Assembly: GCA_002256025.1 (NCBI GenBank)
Contig: NKIB01012883.1
Location: 1-64,000, forward strand
Direction: 5' to 3'
Length of the DNA stretch: 64,000 bases
Source: Asterionella formosa
Lineage: Eukaryota
This document shows, one piece after another, positions 10,069 to 22,613 of this stretch. How positions within the stretch are numbered: the stretch's first letter is position 1; every line of letters begins with the position of its first letter. The translations under genes were made by a program, and so were the position numbers. The notes under the pieces are model-generated. The model had not been told where the DNA came from. It saw only the letters and a program-made list of their open reading frames with translations, and did not search any database.

Positions 10069-10823
10069 ATGGCGGACAATCCAGTTGTTTTCTTTGACAT
10101 CACAATCGGTGGATCTCCCAAGGGGAGGATCGAAATGGAACTTCGAGCTGATGCAGTTCCGAAAACGGCAGGCAAGTTGTAGTCTCGTCGTTGCCAACAT
10201 CATGACCGTGATCCGGAATAGCTCAATTAGTCTTTGCTGTTGTCTATGTGCCCGGCTAACTCGTTCTAACTACAATTGATAGAAAACTTCCGTTGCTTGT
10301 GTACAGGTGAAAAGGGGCAAGGAAGGTCAGTACTGATGATGGTGATCAGTTTGTGTGCTACCTGTTCTCAAAAATCGTTTGTTGAGCGGCGATGCTGTGG
10401 ACAACTTCCTTACCATTTTAGTCTTGTCATGCACGCCTGTACTTTAGGTCGGGTAAACTGCTTCACTTCAAAGGTAGTGCGTTTCACCGTGTGATTCCAA
10501 ATTTTATGTGTCAAGGAGGGGATTTTACAAGGGGAAATGGCACTGGTGGTGAATCAATCTACGGGGAAAAGTTTGCTGACGAGAATTTCAAGCTGAAACA
10601 TTCAGGAGCTGGAACCTTGAGCATGGCGAATGCTGGCCCCAATACAAATGGCTCTCAGTTCTTTCTTTGCACAGCAGCGACTTCTTGGTTGGATGGGAAG
10701 CACGTCGTATTTGGCAAGGTCATATCCGGCATGGACGTAGTTTCTGCTATTGAGCAAGTTGGGAGTGAGTCGGGCAAAACTCGAGTCCCTGTCATGATTT
10801 CAGATAGCGGACAATTACGATAG
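10069..10823 (+). CDS. Cyclophilin A-type peptidyl-prolyl isomerase (3 exons)
   Basis: Exons 10069-10171, 10283-10325, 10448-10823 splice to [15 protein letters not shown]...[17 protein letters not shown]...[16 protein letters not shown]...[10 protein letters not shown]; intron 1 is GC-AG. Confidence 0.95.
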
Positions 10824-10951
10824 CCTAGAAATCTTGTAAGTGGAAACAGAATCTGCAGTTATTTGTTTTTGCTATTTCTTTCAATGGCATGTTTTCCCAA
10901 TTTTGGAGACCTCCATTTCATACGTTATCACACAACTTCTAAAATCAAATC

Positions 10952-11971
10952 TCACTGTGCTTCATTAGTACTTGTTCTATTGGTCAACCCACCTAATAAG
11001 GAATGATGCAAGGTGGCCAGAATTAGTTGGGCCGTAAAACCCGCGCCCTTGGTTTCCACAATCAAGGGTTTGCCTGCCCAATGAAAACTGAGTGTAGTGG
11101 CTGTGCCGTCGTCTCCACCCTGACTGCAAAACTGAAACATGCTTTTGATCTCCTTAATCCCAATTACTAATGCAACTTCATTATTAACATTGGGAGGCAT
11201 ATCTTCATCAATTTCTTCTCGTCCAGAGACCCAATCGTAGTCTTCTAATTCCTCTAGTCCAATGCTCGTTTCCGTCTTCATTTGTTTGTCGGCTTGTGAC
11301 TGCGCAAGTGCGCTGCCGGATCCGTGGTGGAAGGATGTTGCCGTAATGAGCTAAGTGAGCGAATATCGAAAGGCTATGAGAAATTACAAATAATTCAATC
11401 AGTGGAAGTAGAATGGGCTTACTTTGTGCTGCTCATTGATGATCAACGCCACTTCGTATGTCCGCAAGGGTTCCAGCATACGTATCAGCAGTCTGGGCAA
11501 CGCCACTATTTGACTACAGCCTTCCTTCGGTGCAACCGCTGTCACACTTTCAGAATCCGATACAGCAATACGATGGATAACACTGAGTTGACTGCCGTTT
11601 TGCTGCAACTGAAATTCAAAGGCCAAATACAAGTGATCGGCCGACACTTGATTGCGAATGCGCAACGACACTAGTCCCTTTCGGGGTCGCACCACAGCGC
11701 CCATCGCTTTGAGTGGAATCCTGCATGTATATCTTTCTTGTGTTAATGCAGACCTTTTTTGTTTCTCCTTCGTTGGAGCACTGGAACACCGGTCAAAATA
11801 GGAGGCATCAAAGGCGAATTCGCAGAAGGCAGACTTGGCGTCATTGAGTGTCCGTAGGATCAAACCATCAACAGGATCGAATTCGACATATAAGTCCTTC
11901 CCTATTTTGGATAGAGCGGATATGGAAGCGCCGAAGGTTCGAATTGAATGGGAGGGTATAATACAGTCCAT
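10952..11971 (-). CDS. RAD9: Checkpoint clamp subunit Rad9 (9-1-1 complex), 2 exons
   Basis: MDCII...FGASISALSKIGKDLYVE...LILRTLNDAKSAFCEFAF..YF, KEIKSMFQFC, LSFHWAGKPLI, LILAT; intron 11351-11422 (GTAAGC..TAG) restores the frame. Confidence 0.85.
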
Positions 11972-12251
11972 GGTGGGATTGCAGCAGTGGGGACTAGCTT
12001 GGCTTTTCAACAGTGTCAAATAATGTCCGCCAAGGAGGCAATCGCGCCATAGTGTTTTCGCATATTTATACCGGTAGCACAATTTGTATACTGTATATGG
12101 TGCAAACATCATGAATATATCCTGACATACCGGCATGCCGGTACATAGTCCGTCAACCTGATGGTTTTTAAAACTTGTACGTGTATGGATATACCGGTAT
12201 CTCATGCATCCAGCACTGTACAGAACTATACTACGATATCAGGAAGTTGCG

Positions 12252-12315
12252 GTCATTTTGCTTAAAAATTTAATCTTTGATAAAGATAGCTAAATCTTTA
12301 GTGTCAGCAAGATTA
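12252..12315. repeat. Dispersed ~65 bp repeat, copy B (copy A at 1151-1219)
   Basis: See copy A; lies in the RAD9/GT14 divergent intergenic region. Confidence 0.85.
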
Positions 12316-12751
12316 GAGCAACTTGCAGGTGCTCGGAGTACCGGTACATGGAATCGATCATCATTGGTTTGTCATTCGCTACATTCATCATGTGTATTTG
12401 AATGTGTGTACTGTATGTATTCTTATGGACTCCATCTATAATTTTAGTTTGTCGTATTGCTTGCCTGATGGAACCTGGTGCTACAGTGACAGGTACCAGG
12501 AGTACCAGTTACCAGGTTGGGTGAAAATGATTTTTGTTGTTGTGATGACATGTAGGAGAACATGCGATAAGTACCAGGTACTGCACAGTGCATTTGATAT
12601 TTTGAAATTCCTCATTTTGGCAAACAGATAACAATTTCTGTCGTTTCCTGTGGACTACATAAACTTTAGCGTTCGTTGCCTTTCCATTCTTGAGCTTGGA
12701 TTTCGTCACGAATTGTTCTTATATAAGTGAGTGCAGTGCATATGTTATACA

Positions 12752-15121
12752 ATGAACCCTAGAAGTCCAAAGCCAATACGGAATCAATCTGAAAGACACG
12801 ACAAAAGCTTACGAAGGTCCTCTCGGACTCCTTCCATGGTAGCTCAGTGGCCTCGCCCCTGTATTTTCCTGTGCCTTTTTCTGGCTACTATTGGGAACAC
12901 GCTTGCTGCAGAAGAAAGATATGAAACTCTGGAACGAAAGATGCGAAAAATGCTCCATGTTGACTTATCGAATCCAACCCTGGAGGCGAATGTCGACCTT
13001 GATTTGACGAAAGATCCTGCCAACGCCGCGGCTCAAGTACTGACTCGCCTCACTGGATCCCTTCAAAAACGTCTCACAAAAATATATGAACGAGCAACCT
13101 CGCCAGAGTGCCGTGCCAAGATTGGAGAACATTTTGGCTACTTTATCAATGCCATCGGAAATGAAAGGTCGCTTCCTTTTGCAGATTTTACATTCGAGAA
13201 TCAGTGCCCTGAAGAGTTGCTTGACTTTGAAAATTTACCGGAGGGCATGCACTTTGGAATGATTCAGAATCGAACGTATCAGCCAGAAGATGGAATCTAT
13301 ATTGAGCCAGAAAATTTGAAATTATGCTACGCGATATTAACACATGATTCTCCCAATTGCACCATTCGACTAGTTGAAGCCCTCTACGAACAAGGTCATA
13401 TCTTTATTATTCACGTGGATGCAAAGGAAAAATCGGAATCTACATATCAACAGCTTGCTGAATATGCATCATCACGAGACTACGTCCATGTTTTGGCGCA
13501 CCCTTATCGTGTACGTATCAATTGGGGAGGACATAGCATGGTCAATGCTACCATGCAAATACTTCAATATGCCTTTGGACTAAATGGTCATCCCAACATC
13601 GTTTTGGATTTTGACAAGGTCGTGCATATGGCATCAACCTCTTATCCGATTGCATCCAATGCAAAAATTCGAGAAACGATTGCTTCCTATCCACTCGACG
13701 CCAACCTAATGAATGTAGTCATGAAGCCGACCAATCCACATCATGGAGCTTGGCATTATTTTGTCGAGTGCGATGATTGGGTGCATCGTTTGTATCGACT
13801 TAATCCACTCTCTACTGAAAATGGGGGGATTGAACTGTACACGTCTAGTCAATGGTTCATCATTTCAAGGGACTTTGCCTACTACCTTGCACTTGCCAAA
13901 CCAGGGACTTTAGTACATGCCTTGTTGGAGTACAATCAGCATGTTGTTATTGCCGACGAATCGTTCTTTGGATCTGTGCTGCGAAATTCTCCATATTGCG
14001 GGACGCATCACAATTGGAATTTTCTACATTTGCAATTCGACAGGTGGGAATCAGATTTAGATTCAAAGGAACGAGATGAGAGAAAGTGCATTATGCCCGA
14101 CCCCAATCACTGTGGCCGGTCGCCAACAACCTTAACGATGGACTATGTGGACATTTTGGAGTTGACTGGGGACTTGTTTGCACGCAAGTTTGATTGCGAT
14201 GATGACAGCGTCAAGGATGTCATAGATGCCATGCGAGCTAAAGAGGATGCGGTAATAAGAGGCGAAGATGACGCCGACAAAGCATTTGATGTATCCTTTG
14301 AAGGCCATGGTGTCCTGGTTGTTGCTAAGGAAACCTTGAGGGATAAAGTACCACTTTGTATGGGGTTAGGCGAGACGGCAAATGTGGTTCGATTGGTGCC
14401 TTGCTTTCACGAAGAGGTGGTTCCTACACTGGCAGATGACTGGGAATCAGGCGGTGTCATTGAAGAAGAAGTGATGGTTCACAATCAATGGGAATTGGGA
14501 CCATGCAGCAGTGATGGTAGGTTAGAACGACTCGCATCGGCAGATATGCTCATGACGCCCGGCGTGTATAGTTCCATCGGACCACGGTGCATGTTGAAAC
14601 AATTTTCCGGGATTCGCGCTGGTCGATGTGTTGATGGGGAAACGGAACGGCTTCAGCCTGGTGGTTCATTACACGTCTTTCCATGTATGAAAAAATGGAA
14701 TCAGTTTCTGTCCGTAGGAAACGGATCGTTGGCGCCTCGGGGTAGTTTGCACACGACCATACCGAGACATATTGTGGAGCGGATCCAGAGTAAGGGCCGT
14801 GAGCAAGAATCGCATCTGTGTATTGGAGTGATCGGCAGAGGTGACCGTGACGAGGAGGAGTGGAAGGAGGATATCTCAAAACTTGGGTTGAAAGCAAATG
14901 TGATGGACAAGAACATCTCAAAAAGTAGAAATGGTGAGCTCGCGCCTTGGAGCAACTGGACTGGGGAACCGCTTGTGACTACTAGATGTTCAAATATTGG
15001 TGCCATCGTGGAGTGGGTCTATGTTCCTTTCATTGTTGAGGGAGAAGACAATATCGCGCTTGACTTCGAAGTAGCAACACCATCCAGCAGTGAAGAAAGT
15101 GAAAATCATAAGGAGCTGTAG
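12752..15121 (+). CDS. GT14 (core-2/I-branching, xylosyltransferase-like) glycosyltransferase with Cys-rich C-terminal extension
   Basis: Hydrophobic N-terminal anchor/signal; YAILTH, FIIHVDAK, INWGGHSMVNA, SYP, SSQWFIISRDF, ADESFFGSVL, LFARKFD motifs; start may instead be the ATG of MVAQW. Confidence 0.85.
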   Translation: MNPRSPKPIRNQSERHDKSLRRSSRTPSMVAQWPRPCIFLCLFLATIGNTLAAEERYETLERKMRKMLHVDLSNPTLEANVDLDLTKDPANAAAQVLTRLTGSLQKRLTKIYERATSPECRAKIGEHFGYFINAIGNERSLPFADFTFENQCPEELLDFENLPEGMHFGMIQNRTYQPEDGIYIEPENLKLCYAILTHDSPNCTIRLVEALYEQGHIFIIHVDAKEKSESTYQQLAEYASSRDYVHVLAHPYRVRINWGGHSMVNATMQILQYAFGLNGHPNIVLDFDKVVHMASTSYPIASNAKIRETIASYPLDANLMNVVMKPTNPHHGAWHYFVECDDWVHRLYRLNPLSTENGGIELYTSSQWFIISRDFAYYLALAKPGTLVHALLEYNQHVVIADESFFGSVLRNSPYCGTHHNWNFLHLQFDRWESDLDSKERDERKCIMPDPNHCGRSPTTLTMDYVDILELTGDLFARKFDCDDDSVKDVIDAMRAKEDAVIRGEDDADKAFDVSFEGHGVLVVAKETLRDKVPLCMGLGETANVVRLVPCFHEEVVPTLADDWESGGVIEEEVMVHNQWELGPCSSDGRLERLASADMLMTPGVYSSIGPRCMLKQFSGIRAGRCVDGETERLQPGGSLHVFPCMKKWNQFLSVGNGSLAPRGSLHTTIPRHIVERIQSKGREQESHLCIGVIGRGDRDEEEWKEDISKLGLKANVMDKNISKSRNGELAPWSNWTGEPLVTTRCSNIGAIVEWVYVPFIVEGEDNIALDFEVATPSSSEESENHKEL

Positions 15122-16255
15122 AAGAAGTGTGCTTCTTTCGAATTGAAAAGAAGTGACTCTCACATTGTATCATATGGCAACTGCTTCCTAAAGCGAAGTC
15201 GAGTAGAGTCGCAATCAGGAAAAGGCTAGACATACCGAACCGAGCAATTTTTCGGTCATCGTCATGCAACTGAATCGAACTCTAGGTAGAGTAAATATGG
15301 TCAGTTGAGCCCCCCTGCCCCACTGTCCTCTACTTTGTTATGTGACGCTCAAACAGCTGATGGCTCTAGCTTTGTACTTCTTCTGCTCTTTATAGAATTT
15401 TTCTGCCCTAGTCGTTTCCTTTATGTAGATCGACTATAGTAGTCTAGGGTTATTTATGGACTGGGTTGTCGAAGTGCAAACTCCGGTGGAGGGGAGGAGG
15501 CGTTGCTCGTTGTTATTATATAATGTAGGCTATAGTCGTGATACCTTGTAATCTATTGGGCAGAATTTGCAAGGTTTATACAATTAGTAGGAGTTCACAA
15601 ATGATTGCTACTTTTGGAGTTTCTATACTTTGGAAGCCTGGTGTGTTACGCTTGCTGGTTTTTGCAACACAAATCTTCCAGCGACCGCTGGAGTTTTTAC
15701 CTGTATTTGCACTGACACATTTACCACCCACCTGATAAACTAGATGAAAGCAATCTTGCCTATCTCGGTATGACTATGCAAATCTTGCTGATGAAGACTA
15801 CATTATACCAGCAAGTTGCAGTAAATTTGCCAATATGACTGCTGACTATTTGGATTTTACAAATATTAATGCTTGCCAATCCAATAGCTACATAGACAGT
15901 CAACAACAGCAACATGCCACACTCCAGTGGTGGCTGTCTTGTTTCCGAAATTGGAACTGGTGGACATGGATGTTGAAATGTAATTGGCGATGAAAATCAG
16001 AATCAGTGGTCATCATCATCAACATCCTCCCTCCCCCCACAATCAAAGCAACTGAACAACAACCATCTGAACAGTAAAACAGGAAACACTTTATCGGCTG
16101 TAATTCATTCACCAAATTACTGAATGACAATGTGATGTGCAAGAGTTTTGTGAATGCATACATTAAAGAATATTGTAAACATACAGTACAAGGCTATCTT
16201 CGTAGCAATACAGCCTATCAAATTAGCATGAATCAATGATGTAAATCTTTTCTGC

Positions 16256-16620
16256 TTGGAAAAAGCATTTCTAGACACCAAAATCCCATGCATACCGCAA
16301 CTCTTGATTGTTATGTCCTCTGAGAACTTCGGGTTGGCAAACGAAATACAAATCACCTGTTTGACCTGTCAGAAAGTGATAGCTAAACTTGAATCTGCAA
16401 GAAGTGACAGCACTATAGACAATGATAGTAAGATAACAAATAAGGAAATAGGAGCAAAACGCTCTTCAATCAACAAAAAAGTTGTTTTGGGTTGTCACGA
16501 GGTGGACCTGGTGTTGCAGACAAATTCCAGTTGGTTACTGGTTCTGTGTCGTTGAGGAGCTAGTTGGGAAAAGCGCAACTAGAAACAACAGCCTGTGCGA
16601 TGCAAGAGGCATGTCATGCA
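16256..16620 (+). mobile_element. Decayed Mutator-like transposase, N-terminal fragment
   Basis: FGLANEIQITCLTC...SINKKVVLGCHEV resembles the GLA-x-C-x2-C...IN-x2-V-x-G N-terminal domain of Mutator-like transposases; interrupted by stops. Confidence 0.5.
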
Positions 16621-17262
16621 AATACATATCAGACACTTGATGTGCATGAATGAGTCGATTGGGCTGAACCCTAACGTTCTGATTTTTCCTCATTTATACT
16701 AAATAATTAGCATACAACCTACATTACTACCGGGTAGCAATTCGTGATACTGACGATTCAAAGAGAAAATTAATGACCCCATCTTTTTGAGCACCTTTCC
16801 TGCCTCACGTTGTCCATTTAATCAAAATTACCAGGTTCTGCAACTTGCAGGTGTACTGTACCTGGTACCAGATGCCCGGTACATCGCCTGAGCTGCAATC
16901 CGGAGCGAGTACAGAATACTCCGAGATCACTTGAAATCCTTCGTGAGCAGGTTTGAGGGGAGGACCGTTACATATACACTACATATTCTAGGTACTACTG
17001 GTACTCCCACCTGGGACCCCGGTTGTCCAGTAAGTACCAGGTACCGTCAGGTGAAAAGAGTCTAAATATGTTAGAAAACGGACTACCGATACCGGTATCG
17101 TCAGAACATACATAAAGTTTTTACGAAGGAACAACTGAGAAAAAGTGGCGGGCGTTTGCGTTCGGAAAAATCAAAGCAATCTTGTTTTTCGTCGCTGTTG
17201 CTACCGGTAGAATAGGTGACATCTGTGCCTTGGTTTGACACCCACGTGCATTGACTCATTGA

Positions 17263-18858
17263 ATGATGCTCAACATGTTCCACAAGCGACGAAAGCATGC
17301 TGCTAGACAGCGAATGGAGGTAAGCGTTGGTTTATGCTGTGTCCGTGTTTTATATTGGCAATTAATCCAATGTAGACAGCAATGGCAATGGCAATTTGAT
17401 AGCGAGAGCTAACAATAAACAAAGCGCACGTACTCTTTTAAAACGCTGCTCACTTGCTTCTCTTCCATCCCGTACCACCACCTTACGCAGAAGTACAGCC
17501 ACTACGCTCAACGTCTCGCGGCCGTGCTTTTCTCGCGAAGCAATGATCCAACGTGGGTAGAACTTCAAATGCGGATGCTCTTGAAAGAACTTCCGGAATT
17601 AGCCATGGGAAAGTACTGCAATGGAGGAGACGACGTCAAGACATTGCTGCACTGGGTATGTTGTCTGGGAGCATCCGTATCCTTGCCGTTCGTCGAAACC
17701 ATTTATGAATATTTTCCGGAAGCCATTTCGATCAAAGGTGGGCGGGTGGAAACGTTACCGCTTCACGATGCCTGTCGACAGGGATGTTCTGTTCCGGTCA
17801 TTACATTTCTAGCACATGCATATCCAGGAGCCTTACATGAAAAGGACTATCAAAGCAAAGTACCCTGGACCTATGCATACTTTTGTCACAATCAACGGCG
17901 ACAACTGGCATCCTTGTTGCATGGCAGTAAGGCGACCATGGCACAGGGCAGAGTCAAATGGGAATCAGGAGAACCCTTTCCGCAAGATTTCTTGGCCATG
18001 GGGATGGAATTTTTGAAACCATGTGGGTTGCACTTGACTTTAGAAGCCAGGTCATCGAACATGTTATGCTTCCATGGAGTCAACAATAGAGGACATCTCA
18101 ACATTACTCTGCAATACAATGGAGGATATTCAGAAGTCTTACCCATGCTGAGCAAACTGAAATGCCCTATTGTGGAGCTTACTCTGAGAACCAGCGAATC
18201 ATTGCATGTGGAAATTATAAAACATTTGGCAAGTATTGACACTCTGGTTGTCGAAGCTGTGCACACACCTGAGCAATTGGGGGCACTACTGGCTAGCTTG
18301 AGCGAAGGTCTACATCTCAAATCATTGGTGCTGGATGGAAATCGGAACTATCACCGCAACGAGGGAATGGAAGAGCATGTCTTCGACTCCTTGGATCGGC
18401 TCCTTTCCCTCGAATACATGGAAGTCAAGGCATTTCCCACTTCTGCTGCTGTGCCAGCCATTGCCAGATTAGTTGCACACTCCACAACCTTGTCTCATGT
18501 CATACTTGGCTGTCCCCTATCAGACGATGCCTCTCGACAGCTGGCAGATGCCCTTTCTAACAATGTATCTGTGAGTTGCCTGACTTTGGAGCGTAGGGTC
18601 CATTCCGATTGTATTTTGGATGTTTTGGAACATTCCAACTATACATTGACCCAAGTAAAGGTGGCATTGGCAACTTTTCAGCAACGTCAAAACATGGATT
18701 ATTATTGTAGATTGAATCAACTGTCGCGAAATGCATTGGCAGATCTACAAACAACCAAAGGTCAAGTGGTCAAGATTCTATCTCTTGCCATGGATGAAAA
18801 TGTGTCTTATCTGTATTCCTTGTTGAGGTTCAAACCAGACTTGTGGTCGTCATTATAG
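17263..18858 (+). CDS. Ankyrin-like plus RNI/LRR-like protein of unknown function (2 exons)
   Basis: Exon 17263-17319 (GAG|GTAAGC) splices in frame to 17491 (CAG); TLLHWVC, LPLHDAC ankyrin-like motifs; LRR-like C-terminal half ending N.TL...YYCRLN..SR...LYSLLRFKPDL. Confidence 0.75.
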
Positions 18859-19209
18859 TAGCAATTGGTGGCTGACGCAATACCTAGTATGCAAAAGGAG
18901 TTGAGAAATAAAATTTGTTAGTTTACTACTGAAATGTATAAGGCTTAATTCTAATAGCTAGGGCCAACAAGATTAGACCCTTTCGATGATGTTTCATCAC
19001 TTGGGCATTCCCATCGAAGTGAAAGCTTGCAAGACCTGTGCTTTCCTAGTTTTGTTAGCATAGGTGAGTCCCCAACCATCTTTTGCAAAAGATGATCATC
19101 TTAGCCGCAGCATTAAGGGAAACTCTGGCTGCCTAGGAAGGCAGCACAAGCTGCTTACAGGGGGCAACCCACTTTTCCTTGAACACCAGCAGGCAAGACC
19201 ATGCAGGAT

Positions 19210-19320
19210 GCTGAGGAGTGTGGGATTTGAACCCAACAATTACTTCTCAAAAAAATTGGGGGGAATTGAACCACACAACCTCAGATCAAATGCAATGTGC
19301 TCAACCAACAAAGCCATTAC
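19210..19320 (-). other. tRNA-derived / Pol III box-like relic (pseudo-tRNA or SINE-like head)
   Basis: Minus strand TGGCTTTGTTGGT (A-box-like), then GGTTCAATTCC (B box), then a second T-arm-like GGGTTCAAATCCC; no clean cloverleaf seen. Confidence 0.45.
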
Positions 19321-19463
19321 CGTAATTTTTGTGACATATAATAATGTTTGCCTTCTCCCATTTCCCTGCAAAAGGTACTATGCAATATTGGTCTGTTGCT
19401 TGTTATCATTAATGTTCATTGATTTTGTTGCTTGTTAGCTTCATTGTATTGCCTGCTACTGTG

Positions 19464-20282
19464 TTAAATCATCGACATCTGTTGCCTTGCAGCAAGTTGT
19501 GTGTAAATCGAGGGCACAGTGATGTGTTTTGAATTTTTTGACCAGCTTCTCAATGGCTCGGTCAGCTTCATTTGTTGTGTCAACATTGGCTTCCATCCTG
19601 TCATCTTCTCGTTCATCAACATCTTCTTAAATCTTGAAGTATGCACATATTTATTCTCTTGCTCGCCTTGAATAATTTCTTTTCCTTTTTGTTGTAAAAA
19701 CTTGTTTGCCCCTTGACATGCTCTCTTACTACACCACAGAACTGACATTATTTTTCCTCCTCAGAGCAATCCAATGGCAGAAATTCTTTACGCAACACCA
19801 AGAATACTCGATTCCATCTCCTGCGAGATCACACTGACATTTCGGTGTTTGGTCAACAAGTAAGGAAAGTTTTTTCTATCAGTTCTACATACTACTAGGC
19901 TACTATAATAATAATTTTTGTGTCGCTTGCCTCTCCCCAATGAACCACATAATGTCTTGACAAGAAACTTATATACATTGCATACAAGGTTTCTTGCTGA
20001 ACCCCGTGTGATGTCATCTTCTTCAAGTCGTAGCTGAACCAAGTCTGTCTCCATGTATTGCTCAAATAACTCCTCCATCTCATCCCATGGACATTGACAC
20101 TCTGGGTAGTAGGTGAAGCAAGAAGTCACAACATGCACAGACGATGTCATTCCCACAGCCTTCAACTTCTGACTCAACAATGACATGATCAATACAGGTA
20201 GGACATGGAACATGATTGTATGGAAGATGAGAGATTCATTCACTGCAGGAGATGCAACAGAATTCATGATTGATTGTTGCAT
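19464..20282 (-). pseudogene. Decayed, probably transposon-associated ORF
   Basis: CFTYYPECQCPW...ARNLVCNVYKFLVKTLCGSLGRGKR resembles the G-x-LG-x-G-x-R motif of TE accessory proteins; frameshifted, CpG-poor. Confidence 0.35.
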
Positions 20283-20821
20283 GGTTCGAAGCTATTTTGT
20301 TGCTCAAAGGAGAACCAAGATTATACTAGTATAGCAGCAGGATGATTATATGCTCGTGGTATATATATAATATATATATGCTCTGGTGGAAAGTAAAATT
20401 ATATCTAGGTAAAGCAATATAGATTTAACATAAATGTCTTCATTTTTTTGAAATGGAACTATCAATGTAGTGCCAATTTCTAGTTATTTTAAATGTTCAG
20501 ACGGATACTTGAATCATGGGTAAAATACACAGAAACAAATTCCCTGTTCCATACCAATTTTCTCCTACAAACTACCGGTACTGGACATAGGGTTAATCTG
20601 AAGCCTGAACCTTATGTACCGTAAGTACCTTTTTGTTGTTAATCTTGTACCGGTACTCATATATACCGGTATACGAAATATCGGTTCTCCGTTGACGATC
20701 AAATTAGCCCCGGTATCTGGACATTAATGCGTGTGTTCGCTTATCGACTTCCACTTGAATATCACGACTCTGTCCTCCTCCTGTTCTCTTGCCCCATCGA
20801 GCTTCTTCACTTATAACCATC

Positions 20822-21407
20822 ATGGCGTCCCATCAACTCCTTCTCTTTGTCATAGTGGGGAAGAACGAACCATTGTATGAAGCAGAATTCCTCAAGGCGG
20901 GTGCAACCGGAAGTTCTGATTCCGTCACTCGACAAAATTATTTTGTTCTTCATTCGGCATTGGATCTTGTCGAAAAGGCAGCGTGGACTACCAATAACAT
21001 GTACCTTAAAGTCGTTGATAAGGTGAGAAGGAGCAACGCATTGCTAGAATTTTATTAGATTGCTGAAAAATATCTTGTTCGTCCTGTCCTCAAAGAAAGA
21101 ATTCCTTCCAATCAGGTCAACCATCAGCAAGTATCCACTTTTTTAACGGCCGGAAACATAAAATTTATGCTTCTGCACGGAGGCAGGAGTGAGGATAGTA
21201 TCAAGAACTTTTTTAATGATGTTTATGAGCTTTATGTAAAGGTAAGCAGCATGGTAGGACTTGTCACTTAATGTTTCTGTTTTCACCATTTTCTAACATT
21301 CCGCTGCTCAGTTGTCAATGAATCCATTCTACCGATACGACACACCAATGACTTCCAAGTCATTTGATACCCGTGTACGAGCAGTTGCGAGAAGATACCT
21401 AAACTGA
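20822..21407 (+). CDS. TRAPPC2: Trafficking protein particle complex subunit 2 (sedlin/Trs20), 3 exons
   Basis: Exons 20822-21022, 21116-21241, 21312-21407: FVIVGKNEPLYEAEF...FVLHSALDLVE...NMYLKVVDK...VSTFLTAGNIKFMLLH...IKNFFNDVYELYVK.SMNPFY....TSKSFD.RV. Confidence 0.95.
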
Positions 21408-21868
21408 ATCTATAATGGAGCGTTTCACGCTCTTTAGATACTGGCCAGTGTTTAATGCACGAGATAGCGCATGGATCAATTGAATCAAGTTGAAGAGGAA
21501 ATAGATTCAAGCAGAGCTACACAATACTCTATCTGTGGATCTCGCTAGACCTTGGTATCTGTTATCAGTCAAACTACTTTAGATTGCCAGCCATGATCAC
21601 AAAAACCAACTTTACTAGCTTACATTGATTTTGTATAGCTCTGATAAAACATCGCTGCTGCCCTATCTTGCCAGCAAGCTGAAGTGTCTCACACCCTGTC
21701 TATAGCATCAGGGCAACAGATACGCTGGACTCTACCTTCATGAAAGTGAAATGTGGATCAATTGACTTGCCATCAGCCAATCATCAACACAAATACAGCC
21801 ATCCAATCATGACCCTTTAGTTGTTGGAAACATATTTTTAAATTGAAACAAACCCAGGGAAACTGATG

Positions 21869-22076
21869 TTCTCACACTCACTTATTCAACTGGAAATTAT
21901 TATGCAATTGAACCGCTGTATTATCATCTCTACAACGCTTATCAAATCTCGCAACCAACAGGATACTTGAGTTTCTCACACTCACTTATTCAACTGGAAA
22001 TAATTATGCAATTGAACCGCTGTATTATCATCTCTACAACGCTTATCAAATCTCGCAACCAACAGGATACTTGAGT
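21869..22076. repeat. 104-bp tandem duplication (2 copies, 1 mismatch)
   Basis: 21869-21972 and 21973-22076 are identical except GGAAATTATT vs GGAAATAATT. Confidence 0.95.
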
Positions 22077-22613
22077 GACATTTCAAATTCAGGACAGACT
22101 TGGGTAATTTTCGCATTTGGTGACAAAAATGGGCTGTGTCTTGGACAGTAAAAGGTCACCCATGGCAGCATCTACATATCAAATGACTGAAACACCTGGG
22201 GAAGCACATAAAAATATCTTAGTCTGTGAAGGTGGCTGACCCCCAGCAGCAAATGAATTGATAAAACCAGCAACTAAGTAAGAAAATAGTTAGTCTTATT
22301 TTATACTTCATCATCCATATCCCATGACAGAAATCTTCATCCCTCATGATCAGAATCATCATTGTGGTCCTGTCCGCCTCCCTCCATGATAATAGCATGA
22401 GACATAGACAACAAGGTAAGAATTTGGCTGATTTGTCGTTTGCCTTCTGACTGATTGATGGGCTGGTCAAATCTACAAAGTAGTGTTTGTCAAGGTTTCC
22501 CCCTAAATCCTGCTGATGCCATCCATGGAACCAATGACTGAGTGTCTTCAGTAATACACAGCATATGACTATATATGACTTTCAGGAAATCATCATGACT
22601 TGTTTCAGGAAAT

